DNA of 64,000 nucleotides from Raillietiella orientalis (Eukaryota): contig JAYWIR010000024.1 of NCBI GenBank assembly GCA_036172245.1, positions 1,426,001 through 1,490,000 of the forward strand. The letters are read 5' to 3'. A model generated the notes under the pieces. The model had not been told where the DNA came from, ran no database searches, and worked only from the letters and a program-made list of their open reading frames with translations. Shown here in pieces: positions 13,230 through 23,769 of the stretch (its first letter is position 1; every line of letters begins with the position of its first letter). The position numbers were made by a program, and so were the translations under genes.

Positions 13230-13785
13230 GGAACGGGAATCCCTCCCGCACCTGCTTGTAGACTGTGCTGCCTTCCGGCCCCTGTGGTTGCCCTTGGTAC
13301 ACCGACAGACAATCCCGGGGACGTGATGAAGCGCCTCTTCATGCGCGATGCCCTTTCGCCTGGCGCATTCCTAGCAGCTCTTTGCTGCTGCCTACGCGGA
13401 ATTGCGGAGGCCTGGAGCTACGCGATGGGAGGACGGCGCGACAGGGACGCCATCTGCTTCTCCCTGCGCTTCCTGCGGAGGGCAGCAAGATGGGACCACC
13501 TGGGGCATACTCGGGTGGAACTTGCCGGCATCCTGGAAAAGGATGCAGAGGACGCCCTCCAGCGGACAGTGATCCCTTCCCGTGCCCCCAAGAGTTTTTT
13601 TTTTTTTTTTATTGATTTTTTGTTTTATTTTTATTTTTGTTTGCTCCTTCCTGCCGAGGCGAATCTCGCCGGCCTGCGTGCCGGTTACTCGGCAGGTTAC
13701 GAACATTTTCAGACGATGTAGGGCCAATGGCCCTACACCTATGTGTTTATTATTTTTATCATAAACGCCCCGGCGTCACCGGGTG
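13230..13785 (+). mobile_element. LINE 3' fragment, subfamily B, with best-preserved 3' structure
   Basis: RDAICFSLRFLRRAARWDHLGHTRVELAGILEKDA; branched stem at 13650-13696; terminal hairpin at 13769-13783. Confidence 0.8.
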
Positions 13786-13799
13786 CCAAACTGAAACCT

Positions 13800-14690
13800 G
13801 CAAGGATGCTGATCTCCCATCCCGCCATCAGGCAGCTGGCGTGGTTTGTCGTTAGAGAGAACAGCGCTGCGTCAAGAGGCGCGGCAGCCAGGTTGGACCG
13901 CTTCGCCGAGCCCTGCATTACTTCATCCATGGGGTGGCGTAGGAAGTGACACAGAGGATGAGGATTCTCTGCACTCACATCCAGGTTCGCGCTTGCTAGT
14001 GCACCCTTTGCAAGATGTCGCCTCCGGAGTCACTATTACTACTCCATTGCGGCCTCCGCAAGACGTTGCCGAGATCTCCTTGGAGACTTCTGTTTGCGGA
14101 TGGCGCGCCGCCTGCAAGCCTTCCTCATGGAGAAGACTGCGAAGCAGGTGGCTTCTGCAGATTCAGCGAGTAGCGGGCGACTGGGGCGCCGCGGATGCAA
14201 CCAGCCGTTTCTGCGACTGGAGCCCCCCTCTCTGGAGAAGAAGCGATGCAGCAGTCCAACCGGCGTCTACCCCGAGGATGCGGCTGCTCTCCCAACGATT
14301 CACCGTGCCCCCTCGTGATGGTGGTTTCAAGTCTTCCCTTTACTTTCGTGGCCCCCGTTCTTCTCTCCCTGCTTTCTGTTTGCCCACTTTCCTCCAGAAA
14401 AACCGATGAAAGGACAAGGGATCTCCTGAGAAAGGCCCTTCAGAGGCATAAGGGGGTCCCGAGAATCGTGTGTTCAAGCGTCGAGATGAAGGACTTGGTT
14501 TCCTGATGACGGAGCTCATGGAGAGGCGGCTCCATTTCCAGAGACTGGCCTTGAAGGCTCTCTTTGCCAGGGAGATCCCGGAAAAGCTGCGGAGACGAGG
14601 GAAGAAGTCCGAGCCGAGAAGGACTAATCCGTCCCGGAAGCGAATGGAAACGAAGCCGCCACCGAGGAAGTGGAGCAAGCTGGCTTAGCC
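13800..14690 (+). mobile_element. Decayed non-LTR reverse transcriptase core/thumb fragment
   Basis: ARQPG...SP (GVRQG..SP-like), FTFVAPVLLSLLSVCP...RDLLRKAL and NRVFKRRDEGLGFL (LY.P..EGGLG-like). Homologous to 25040-25220 (minus). Confidence 0.55.
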
Positions 14691-14837
14691 CCAGCAGCAG
14701 CGTAGGTCCCCTCCGACATGTTTGCCGTCGAATGAAATCTGTTCTTGTCAGCCTGACATCCGACAACCCAGTGCATCAAACCACTTCCGGGAAGAGGATA
14801 GGACATGATGCTTTTCGTTTGCGTGCGTCTCCCCCCC

Positions 14838-14950
14838 TTCCCCGTAGGTGTTGCGATACCGGGTCAACCCTTTCCAGGCGCCAAGCATCTTGTCCACTTC
14901 CGGAACAGCAGTTTAATATCCTGATCACCAGATAGGTGACGTGTCGGATA
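14838..14950 (-). pseudogene. U2: Second, more degenerate U2 snRNA fragment
   Basis: Reverse complement TATCCGACACGTCACCTATCTGGTGATCAGGATATTAAACTG...GGAAGTGGACAAGATGCTTGG...GTTGACCCGGTATCGCAACACCT aligns collinearly with 6615-6730. Confidence 0.75.
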
Positions 14951-15379
14951 GGAAGCCGATTGCATCACGTCTGTATCTTTCGTGGGCAGAAATGCAACCT
15001 GAGGCTCTTTCTAATAGATCGGGGAGAGAAGATAAGAGAGCTGCTTGCAGCACACTTGCCGAAGAGATGATGGCTTGGCTCAATCAGTTTTAGCACGTAG
15101 AAGATAAGGACATCATCATGGTTGGCACGTTAGGCCAGTATCTTGATGTCCTCAATCGTCCAACGTGGTTACTTCGATGCGAAGGGGCTGAAACTGCTAA
15201 AATTCCCGGAATTGTTGATGGAGTAATCAGCATGGTTTGGGTCAAGAAAGATGATGGCAAAGGAGTAAGTTCCTTTGTCTGTTAGACCATTCTTGGGGAT
15301 ATCCGGCTAAAGATTGAAGTGGCTGCTTGGAAACAGACTGACCTCGTGGTGCGAAGGCAGTAGGGAGGACTCTTCACCA

Positions 15380-16630
15380 TTTGGAGCCATCTTCACCTTA
15401 TAACACACTGAAGACCTTGCCAACATCCATCGCCGGGTCACCCTGGATGGTACTCTTCCTCTTTATGGAGATCAGAGTTCGTGGCCAACCTCAGTTTGCC
15501 ACGACGTGCCCGAGAGTGATCCGGACGCACCTGCTCTTCGACTGCGGCAAAGGGCTGCCTTCAGCGCTCCTACACCAGGAGGACACTGCCATCGACGTGA
15601 TGCGGCGGTTCTACATCGAGGTGGCTTCTCGCTAGGCGCGGCCATCGCAACGATCAGTTGCATCCGCGCCATCGTCTGCCCCATCACGAACTTCTTCCTC
15701 CAATTGCTGCATTGGATCGGAGGCTGTGGAATCTTCCCTACGGGTGGAGCGGAGATCAGGGCTGATGTAGCAGACGGCTGCAAGTCCTCCCTGAGCCGCG
15801 AGGTAGGAAGGGCTGAGCTGCGCGCTCGCTTTCTGAGTAGCCTCGAAGGACAGACGTCCGATAAGAAGGGATCGCGCGCGCGCGCGTGTGTGTGGGGAGA
15901 TCGTTGGGCCGACCACCACGCCCTTTGTCGCAGCGCTGTCTTCCCTAAGGGCAAGATATGACAGTTGCCTACTGGTGAGATGGGAGGCCCCTGCATGCTT
16001 GCTGGAGAAACCAAACCCGTGGGTGGTTGGAAGACGAGATAGCTGGCAGACGCCGCCATGTCTCGCAATTTTGCGAAGGGACTTCTTCGGTGAAGCGAAT
16101 CGTTGAGTGTGCCCCCCGAAGAACTTTTGGTCCTTCCCTCTGTGTTACTCCTTCGTTGGAAGCAGACGTGCTTCTGCTGGTGCTTTGGGGCTTCCATTGC
16201 AATCAGTGCGCCCACCTGGTTTCCGGGCGAATTGCCTCGAACTGTAGAAGGCACGGAGCCGTGGAATCGCTCCCGCATCTGCTCTTCGACTGAGGTGCTC
16301 TCCAAAGACTGTGGAGTCCTCTAAGGACGATGACTTCGGTGATCCTGCACCAGGGGAATACCTCAATGGATATCATGCGCCGCTTCTTCACTAGTGGCGG
16401 TCTCTCGTTGGTTGAGGTCATCGCAACTATAAGATGTACCTGCGCCATCGTCGTGGCCCGAGACGTGTTGGGGACGCAAGCAGAACGAAGGGAGGTCACC
16501 TCCATTGCAGGTGTTAATACGAGGACGGCTGCTAGACTCATCTTAAAGAAGAAGTCAGGAAGGAGATCGCCTGCATTCAGCTCCGGTTCTGAAAGGAAGG
16601 AACGGCCGATACCAAATACTCACCCTTCAC
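15380..16630 (+). mobile_element. Two LINE subfamily-A 3' fragments (about 15380-15690 and about 15930-16630)
   Basis: THLLFDCGK...LLHQEDTAIDVMRRF, and NCRRHGAVESLPHLLFD...VIATIRCTCAIV. Collinear with 31310-31990. Confidence 0.75.
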
Positions 16631-16639
16631 TCCATATCG

Positions 16640-17250
16640 TGCTTGTCAGCATCCTGTCTAGGATGCTGACAAGGGCTGTTTTGACATTGCCCAGGTGAGG
16701 CCATCTCGACACGGTCTTCACAAAGATCCTCGTCCAGTGGATGGCGTCCCTTTTGGCCTCTTCTTTTGGCGTCCCAGGTCACCACGATTCCGTGAATGCA
16801 GCAGGGAACTGCTAAGGACGCGGCTGGCGACAGAGAGGAACACACGAAGAGGCGCCGAAAAATGTTTCTGGGCAGCCTACCGGGATTCCTAGGATCATCG
16901 TCAGACGATTCCAAATGAGTCGGATGCAAGAGGGCGGCACAGTCCATCAGATGGTGCGGGAAGTTCTTTCTCTCGCTGCACCCTTCACAAAGGGAATCCA
17001 AACTCCCTCATGTCCAATGAGAGAGGCGTGCTCTACATGGGATCCCCCAATGCAACACCAGCAACGGCGTCTCTTGCCACTTGAGGGGGAGGGGACATTG
17101 TTAATGAACGCTAAGGGGCACTTCACCTCCTCCGGAGGGATGCCGAGCAGCTCTCCCCAGCGCACAAGTGCGTGGGGTGGGATACTCGGAGTCGCAGCGT
17201 CGCCACGTCTTCTTGCCACGGAGGCGAGACCATGCTGGTAGCCGTGCTGC
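16640..17250 (-). mobile_element. LINE 3' fragment, subfamily B
   Basis: ATPSIPPHALVRWGELLGIPPEEVK, collinear with 24060-24580. Confidence 0.75.
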
Positions 17251-18439
17251 CTTGCTGGTAGCCTCCTTTCTCTGAGGACGAGCCTGCAAAGCGTGGCGGA
17301 CTGTCACCATGGCGGTGCGGATGCAACCTGAATCTTTAGGAGGAAGGAGCACCGAAGCTCTTTCCTTCGAGAGATGGAGAGATGAAATTGGTTTCTTCCA
17401 TTCTTTTCTTGGCTTCCGTCTTACTCTTCCTATACTACACTCAGCTGCCCTTGTAATTCTGCACTGCACTCTTCTTGCATTCCAGTGCGGCTCTGCGGCA
17501 TCCAACACGGGCATGTCAGCGACTGTTTGTCACTCCTTCCTTCCTCATTTCTACATGACCTCTGAAGACTTCTTCGGAAGAATTCTTTGGAAGGAAGATT
17601 CAGAAATGATGCTGGGGAGATTAAAAAACGAGATGCCACTCCTATTTTCATCCTTTACCCTCAAGCAGTTCGTGAAGATGGAATGGGGTGTTCCAGATAC
17701 GAAGTTTCGTTAGCAAGAGGAAAGCACAAACTGCGTCTTGCGTTAGGTGCTGCAGTCACAAGTAAATTTTGGTAGTTTGGCAGCTGCAAAAGGCATTTCG
17801 AATTTCGCATGCCCGTTGCATCTGGTAGTCCACTCTCAAGAGAGGATCTTAGCAAAGTGTTCTCCATAGCCCGTGACGGTTTGCATGACTGGTTGATACT
17901 GCAATGTGTTGCTTTTCATCATCTCCTCTTCCTAGCAGACCCTCAGGTCGAAACGGGTAGTCAAGCACCCCGTGGTGGGTGTCCATCGAATCGAGTATGA
18001 AGTCTTCGAGATCTGCATACTTTTTTTTTTTTTATGGGGGAGGGAAGGGGGGGGGCACGGAATGTCCCAAGGTGCAAAGAAGCTCTGTCGGAAAAAAGAC
18101 GATCCGACTTTTTTTTTTAATACACGTCGGGTCGAAGGAACGTGAGAGTCGCACATGCGGCATCGGCGCGATTCAGCATTCGTTCTTCTGATGGAAAATT
18201 TTCCTTGTTTTTTTTTTTACGACTAGCCACCACGCTGTGCTTCGCCGCGACCTCCTTGGTAACGGTCCTCTTGTTGATCCTGGCTGCTTATTTTGAAATT
18301 TGCAAGATCCACGTTCCGCTCAATGGGGGATCATTGAGAACAGTGGGCGTTCTTCGGACTGCAGCCGCACACGTTGGTTCCCGTTCACTGCTTGAAAGGC
18401 GAAGGAGGCCGTTTATTTAAAGCTCTCAATCGGCACCTC

Positions 18440-19510
18440 CCTATTCTGTGAGCCGGTGAAGTCTTCTTCTTTCGGCCATACTCCCCAGACGAGCAAAGAG
18501 ACCATCAATCTGGTCCAGAAAAGGCACCGAGCGCGGTATGGACTGAGCCCGTTCCGCCTTGGCGAATTCTCTTAGCACCCGAAGTGCCAACTCCCGAGCT
18601 CTCGTCCAATGGGTTCCGTGGAACCAATTGACATCTTGTGATCTCGCCACGAAACTCTGAACGACTGTATCCATTGCTATCGAGGCTGTGCTCCTACTCG
18701 GATTCCCGTGATGCGTTGCAAGGCTTCCTGAAAGCTCGCCCTGAAGATCGTAAAGTACCTCAAGAGCCGTCGCGCGCCTGGCGGCTCACGCAGCTCTTTG
18801 ACGCTGTTCCACATCACCCGAGGATGCGTGTAATTCTTCAGAACAGGGGATGTCCCGGGAGATGATCGCCTTATGAATCCAGGAAGGGCTCCGGAGGATG
18901 GAGTCTGTTCCTCTCACGCCTGGGGAGGGATCCCGGAAGGGAACCTCTCCACCCTGGTTGTCTCTGAAGGAAACCCCGAAGAAAATCCTCCTTCCTTATT
19001 CTCTCCGAAGGGAACTCGAAAAGGAATTTTTCCTCCGGAGAGACCCCCCTCAAGGGAACCGCTCCCTCTTTCCTCCTCTGAAGAGAACCCAGAAGGGAAG
19101 CTTTCGAAATTTCTAAGAAAGGCACCTTCCCGAAGGGAGCGGCACGCTTCTCTGCACTCTGGAGAGGTACCACACCTACTCCATGGTACGAGACGGAGGG
19201 TCCCCCCTCCCGAAGGGAAAGGTCCGCTCCTTTGCACAACCGAAGGGGAATTACCTACTCCTTGATTCTGTTTCCTGGAAGGATCCCGGAGGGTCGACTC
19301 CCAATCCCAGCCACTCATCGGAGCCATCCGGTTTGTACCGCTACCAGTGCCGCACCCGAATGAATAGAGGCCAATCAGCGTCCTCTTGCAGGAGGAACTC
19401 GAACCTACGACGCATTTCCCATCTCTCGTCGAATCTTTCCGAGGATTCGAACCCGCAGCTCTTGATGCCACGCGCGAAGACCGCAGCCACGTGGCCTCCG
19501 ACGCGGACGC
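18440..19510 (-). mobile_element. tRNA-headed structured repeat, copy H3, continuing into ORF1-like sequence
   Basis: Full head from 19510 (GTGGCTGCGGTCTTCGCGCGTGGC...GGGTTCGAATCC), monomer region, then LKNYTHPRVMWNSVKELREPPGARRLLRY and FHGTHWTRAREL, weakly similar to 35900-36150. Confidence 0.75.
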
Positions 19511-20699
19511 ATCCAAATTTTTCTCTTGTTCATCAGGCACTTCTTAAGTGCCAGTTGAGGACGTCTTTCGATGGCAATTTAAGACCTGCTCTCACCTTCC
19601 GCATTCCTAGTGAACCTGAGGCGTTCTCCGATGCTTCGAGTCAGCATGAGATTGCGCAGCCGTGACCTGCGGCTCGGAAGGCTGCTGTGAAATTCTGCTT
19701 TCGTTGAGGAGTTTCCTGCCCGAGGCATTTCCGAGAAACAGGCCGCGATCGCGCCAGTTTGCACGTGCCAAAGTTGCCGGAAGGAAGGGCAGATTTGTTT
19801 TGCTCCTTACCGCTGGACTCGACAGATCCAGTGGCGCGGAACGCCGAGCTCTTCCCGGAGTGACCGCAGTTTTGGTTGAACGTCACAATTCCTCTACTGC
19901 ATAGCTTCCAGCCCATACACTTCTGATGGGCTATCTTGGGATGGAAGCGCAGCAGCGCTTCCGCGGACCAAACATCCCTGAGGTTACCAGAGTGCGGGGG
20001 AAACGCCACCCTAGAGATGATAGCGGTAGAAGCAAGATTGGCGGAAATACACGCGCAACCTGGACATGTCTTCTCACTTGCAAGAACGGTGACCTCTTGC
20101 ACTCCCCGGGAGTAGCCCCGGGGACGTGTTGAAGCTCCTCTTCGTGAGAGGAGCAGCGCCCCGCCTCCTCTGCGGCGGGGGCGCCCCGCACGATGCGCGG
20201 ATGAAAGATGGCAGAGAGATGGGAACGCCGTCTTTACGGAGGTCCCATCGAGAAGGACAGTTGGAAGGATGGAATAGTGCTCTTCCCACGCTGAAATTGC
20301 AAGGGCCTCGCCTCCTGAGCTGCCTCAGGCGCCGGACGATCCGATCGTTCCCGCACCCACTTTGGGACTGAAGCGTCCCCCAGGAACTGCGGCAGAGGCT
20401 GGCTTCCGAATGCTGCACCAGGAGGAGACACCACCGGGGACCTGTCGCGGCAGTTCGCGAATGGCGGGCTCTTGGAGCGACCCGTTGCCTCCGCGCCGTC
20501 GTCACAGCCCGCCACGTGGTAGAGACGTGGAGGAGAAGCGAAGGGGAGGTCACGCACATGGCAGACGTGCTTCACGGGGACGACTGCTGCTAGGTGGCCT
20601 GCATCCTGAGCCAGTTCGGACGAGAAAGCAGCGGCAGATGCGAAAGACCCCTGTCCCCACTCGTCCTCCCTCCCTCTCTGGACGGCTCTAGCAACCGTT

Positions 20700-21200
20700 C
20701 CTGAGCGTCGGTGAACCGTCCAAACGACCGCGGGAGGCGCACGCCTCCTGCAGTCTGCATCCGGGCGAGCGGTTTGTGGTGGAGCGGACCCGTCTCTCGG
20801 GTCCCTCCGTGACCGGGAGAGGCGACCACGCTCGTCCTCGTGTGCGTCCTCCCGTGCGGTGTCGGCTCTCCTTCCCTTGGCGTCCGTCCTTCGGAGGGAC
20901 AGCGAGCTCCAAGGACGATGGTCCTTTCCTTCTGCTGGAGGTTCCCGTCGGGACCGTCCACCCGGGTCGCACCGCCTGTCGAACTCGATCCACCCTCTGG
21001 CCGGTGGTGCCTGCCTTCCGGCAGCATGCGGGGCGCGCGGTGCTTGGCAACGCGCTGCACCCAGCATCGCTTCACAACGTGCGTCTTCCAAGCGGGCGAC
21101 CTTCTTTTGCTGACGACTGCGCGTGGGGCATGGGGGGCTGGGAGCAGCTAGACGCTGCTGGAAAGCAGCGCCGGAAGGTGTCCCGAGATTGCATGGGCTC
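20700..21200 (-). mobile_element. Decayed non-LTR RT N-terminal fragment
   Basis: CQAPRAPHA and EGKDHRPWSSLSLRRTDAK resemble the KAPGPDG and WRPISLL.TDYK motifs. Low-complexity and frameshifted. Confidence 0.4.
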
Positions 21201-21899
21201 TCGTGGGTGTAGGATACGTCTTGGAGGACGCCGCCCTCCCTGATCGGGATGCTGTTCAACTAGGAAGTGCCAAGCTGGATAGCAAGGATGCTGGAAGGCC
21301 GGGAGGAGAAGAAGGAGGAAGGGAGGGATGTTGGGGGAGAAACAGATGCTAGAAGGTCCGGTTCGTCTTTCGCCCCTGCACCCAGCTCTTGCGGCCAGTT
21401 TGCACCGAAGTGCTGAGAACCTCAAAGAACTTTTTGTTGTTCTTTTCTAGGAAACTGCGCTCCCAGTGACTTGGTTTGTTTTTAGTGAACACTCCGACGT
21501 GACCTGATGAAAGCGAGAAGGACACAGAGATGCTTTACCTGGTGGAATCAAAGGAGGAAGCTGTTTGCATCCTGCACATAGGAAGCGGAGTTTGGCCACA
21601 ATCGTACTGCATCAAGGATCTCGATGAAGTCTCATCTTTGAATCCAAAGATGCAAAGGAAGCAGAGAACCTAGGGCAACACCAATAGGCGGTCCCTCCTC
21701 CGCACACAGAAGGTAATCTACTTTTTTTTTATTCCTTGATTTGGCACCTCTGATTCTCCTTCCCTGAAGCGGATCCCACTGACAAGTCAGCTGGTTTCTC
21801 GCCAAAGCATCCAGAATTCCTCGGCCTTTGGCGGGATGGATCGTCCTACCATGAACTTTTTCTTCTTTATTATTCTCTTGCTACTTCCAGCTACGGAGG

Positions 21900-23000
21900 G
21901 TTTCAACGCCCTGGAGCAGTAGTCATCTCGAAGCAAACCCTGCATCACATTCGGATCACCAGGAATCAAAGCCACAAAGGATCGACCGGAACCGGGATTC
22001 TAGTCAATGCTCCTCTTCAAGAGACCGGGTATTCGGCCAAGCAGCTCGCACGATGAGCAGAGTGGTTCGCTTCTCTGACTGTCTGGAATCCAACAGTCTG
22101 CGGAGATACGCAACGTCTGAAATCTGCAAAAGCTCCACCACCCTTGCTGCTCGCGAGAAACGAAGGAGGCTTCGATGGGCTTTCCTAGCTGACCAATCGA
22201 TTAGACACGGAATGTTGCAGAAGAGGCTATTGGGCAAAAGACTGTTCATCTTTGACGCACGCTTAATCGGCTCATTGAGTGTTTCACGATCACAATCGAA
22301 TCAAAAATCGTCTCTCGTTCTCTGTTCCGAATCCCAGAGCTCTCGTGCGTCCTTCAGACAATCCGGTCCCTCTTTCTGATTATCTTTTGCAGCCTATTCT
22401 TCGGAACCCTCTGCATCCCTGAGATGCACGCGCGCTCCTGAGATGTGGCAAGCGGCAACGGCGCGCCTGCTTCTTTGAATCGCAGACGCAGCACCCACTG
22501 TGCTCCCCTATTTGCGATCGATCCATCACCATCCTGTCAGAGAGATACGCGTTAGTAAGATGCGATGGTGATGATGAGAGCGACGTGTATTCTTCTTGAC
22601 GCCTCTCGGGCAGGTTTGCACCGCACCGGAAGCGCGCCCCATGACACGAAGGTGGTTCCGCGAAGCCTCTCACCAGGAAAGCTGTAAAGACCAAGACATT
22701 CTTGCTTGACGGAGAGGTGCGCTTTTGACGACGAAGCGAACCTGCTCTTAAAAGAGGCGATGCTGCTCGGGACAGACTCTCTCTCAGGAACGTGTCTTCC
22801 TCATGGAAGCGATCGCGAAAGCAGCTGAGACTGCATCCCGAGATCTTTCGAATTCCTTGACCTCCAGCGCTGCATTTCGGCAACAGAAGCAGCGCGCCCT
22901 GTTGCTGTCGAATAAGAAGAGCACCTCTCTAGACTCTTCTTGAGCACCAAGAAGAGAGGAGGTATAGCTCCATCCTGCGTGGGATGCAAAGGATGCACGG
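21900..23000 (-). mobile_element. Decayed non-LTR RT fragment
   Basis: PLFLVLKKSLERCSSYS (LV.KK...SYRPI-like), SCFRDRFHEEDTFL (GFR.GR...D-like) and TIFDSIVI, in a plausible RT order. Confidence 0.4.
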
Positions 23001-23769
23001 GATCTGTCTGTGATCCCTTCCCCTGATTTACCCCGAGACATGAACATTAAAAATTTTTTTTTTTGTCTATACCCTATCTTCCTTGAAGAGGGACTTCTCC
23101 GGGCAGCCTGGTCCCCGAGGACTCCTCGGACGATGGTGGGACACCCCACGGAGTGCGGAGGCGACGGCCGGGCTGGTCAAGGGTTGATTCCTTTGATTCC
23201 ACTGATGCTGAGAAGGAGAAGAAATCTTAGGATTCGGGATAGGGGAAGAGAGAAAGAAACGCCGAGAGAAACTGCTGATCCTGATGGAGTGCCTAGTCGC
23301 TTGAAGACTTGGATGTCTGTCGGAATGTCAGCCATTACGGTGGCTGAAAGTGAAGTGGACTCGCATGCCGTTGTCCATCAAAGAGAGCGTTTTAAAGTCT
23401 CTATGTTTTTGCTTTTTATTTGAAGACAAGCTGTTTGAAAGAAAGAATCTCAGGACACAATGATTTTACATGGACAGCTTGCTAACATCCAAAGATTTCC
23501 GCGGATAAATACACTTCCGGCTTCCCTCAAGAGAGTAGGACAAACACGAGTATAGGGAAAACAGCACAAAGTAATGCTGCTTCATTCGTGGCAGGACTGC
23601 CATTGCAGAGTTCATCAAGGTTACGGAAATACCAAGTGACATTGGAATAGTCCTTTCATCGGATGTGACTTTCCTTGATGTCTTCAGCAATGCAGTGACC
23701 TAGTTTGGGATTTTTTCTTCTTTTTAAGACCAGTAACGATCTCACGGGAGATCGTCGCTACTGGCCTAC

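Noticed and set aside
13650..13700. Self-cleaving ribozyme (hammerhead, twister or HDV-like) in the branched 3' structure
   Set aside because: No CTGANGA/GAAA hammerhead core, and no twister or HDV pseudoknot pattern could be identified by eye.
17330..17900. SWIM/MULE transposase or host exon on the minus strand
   Set aside because: Only a lone AFCSC motif, interrupted by stops. Insufficient support.
20234..21259. 341-aa ORF as an intact gene
   Set aside because: Only short RT-like motifs are recognisable. The rest looks like out-of-frame decayed retroelement.
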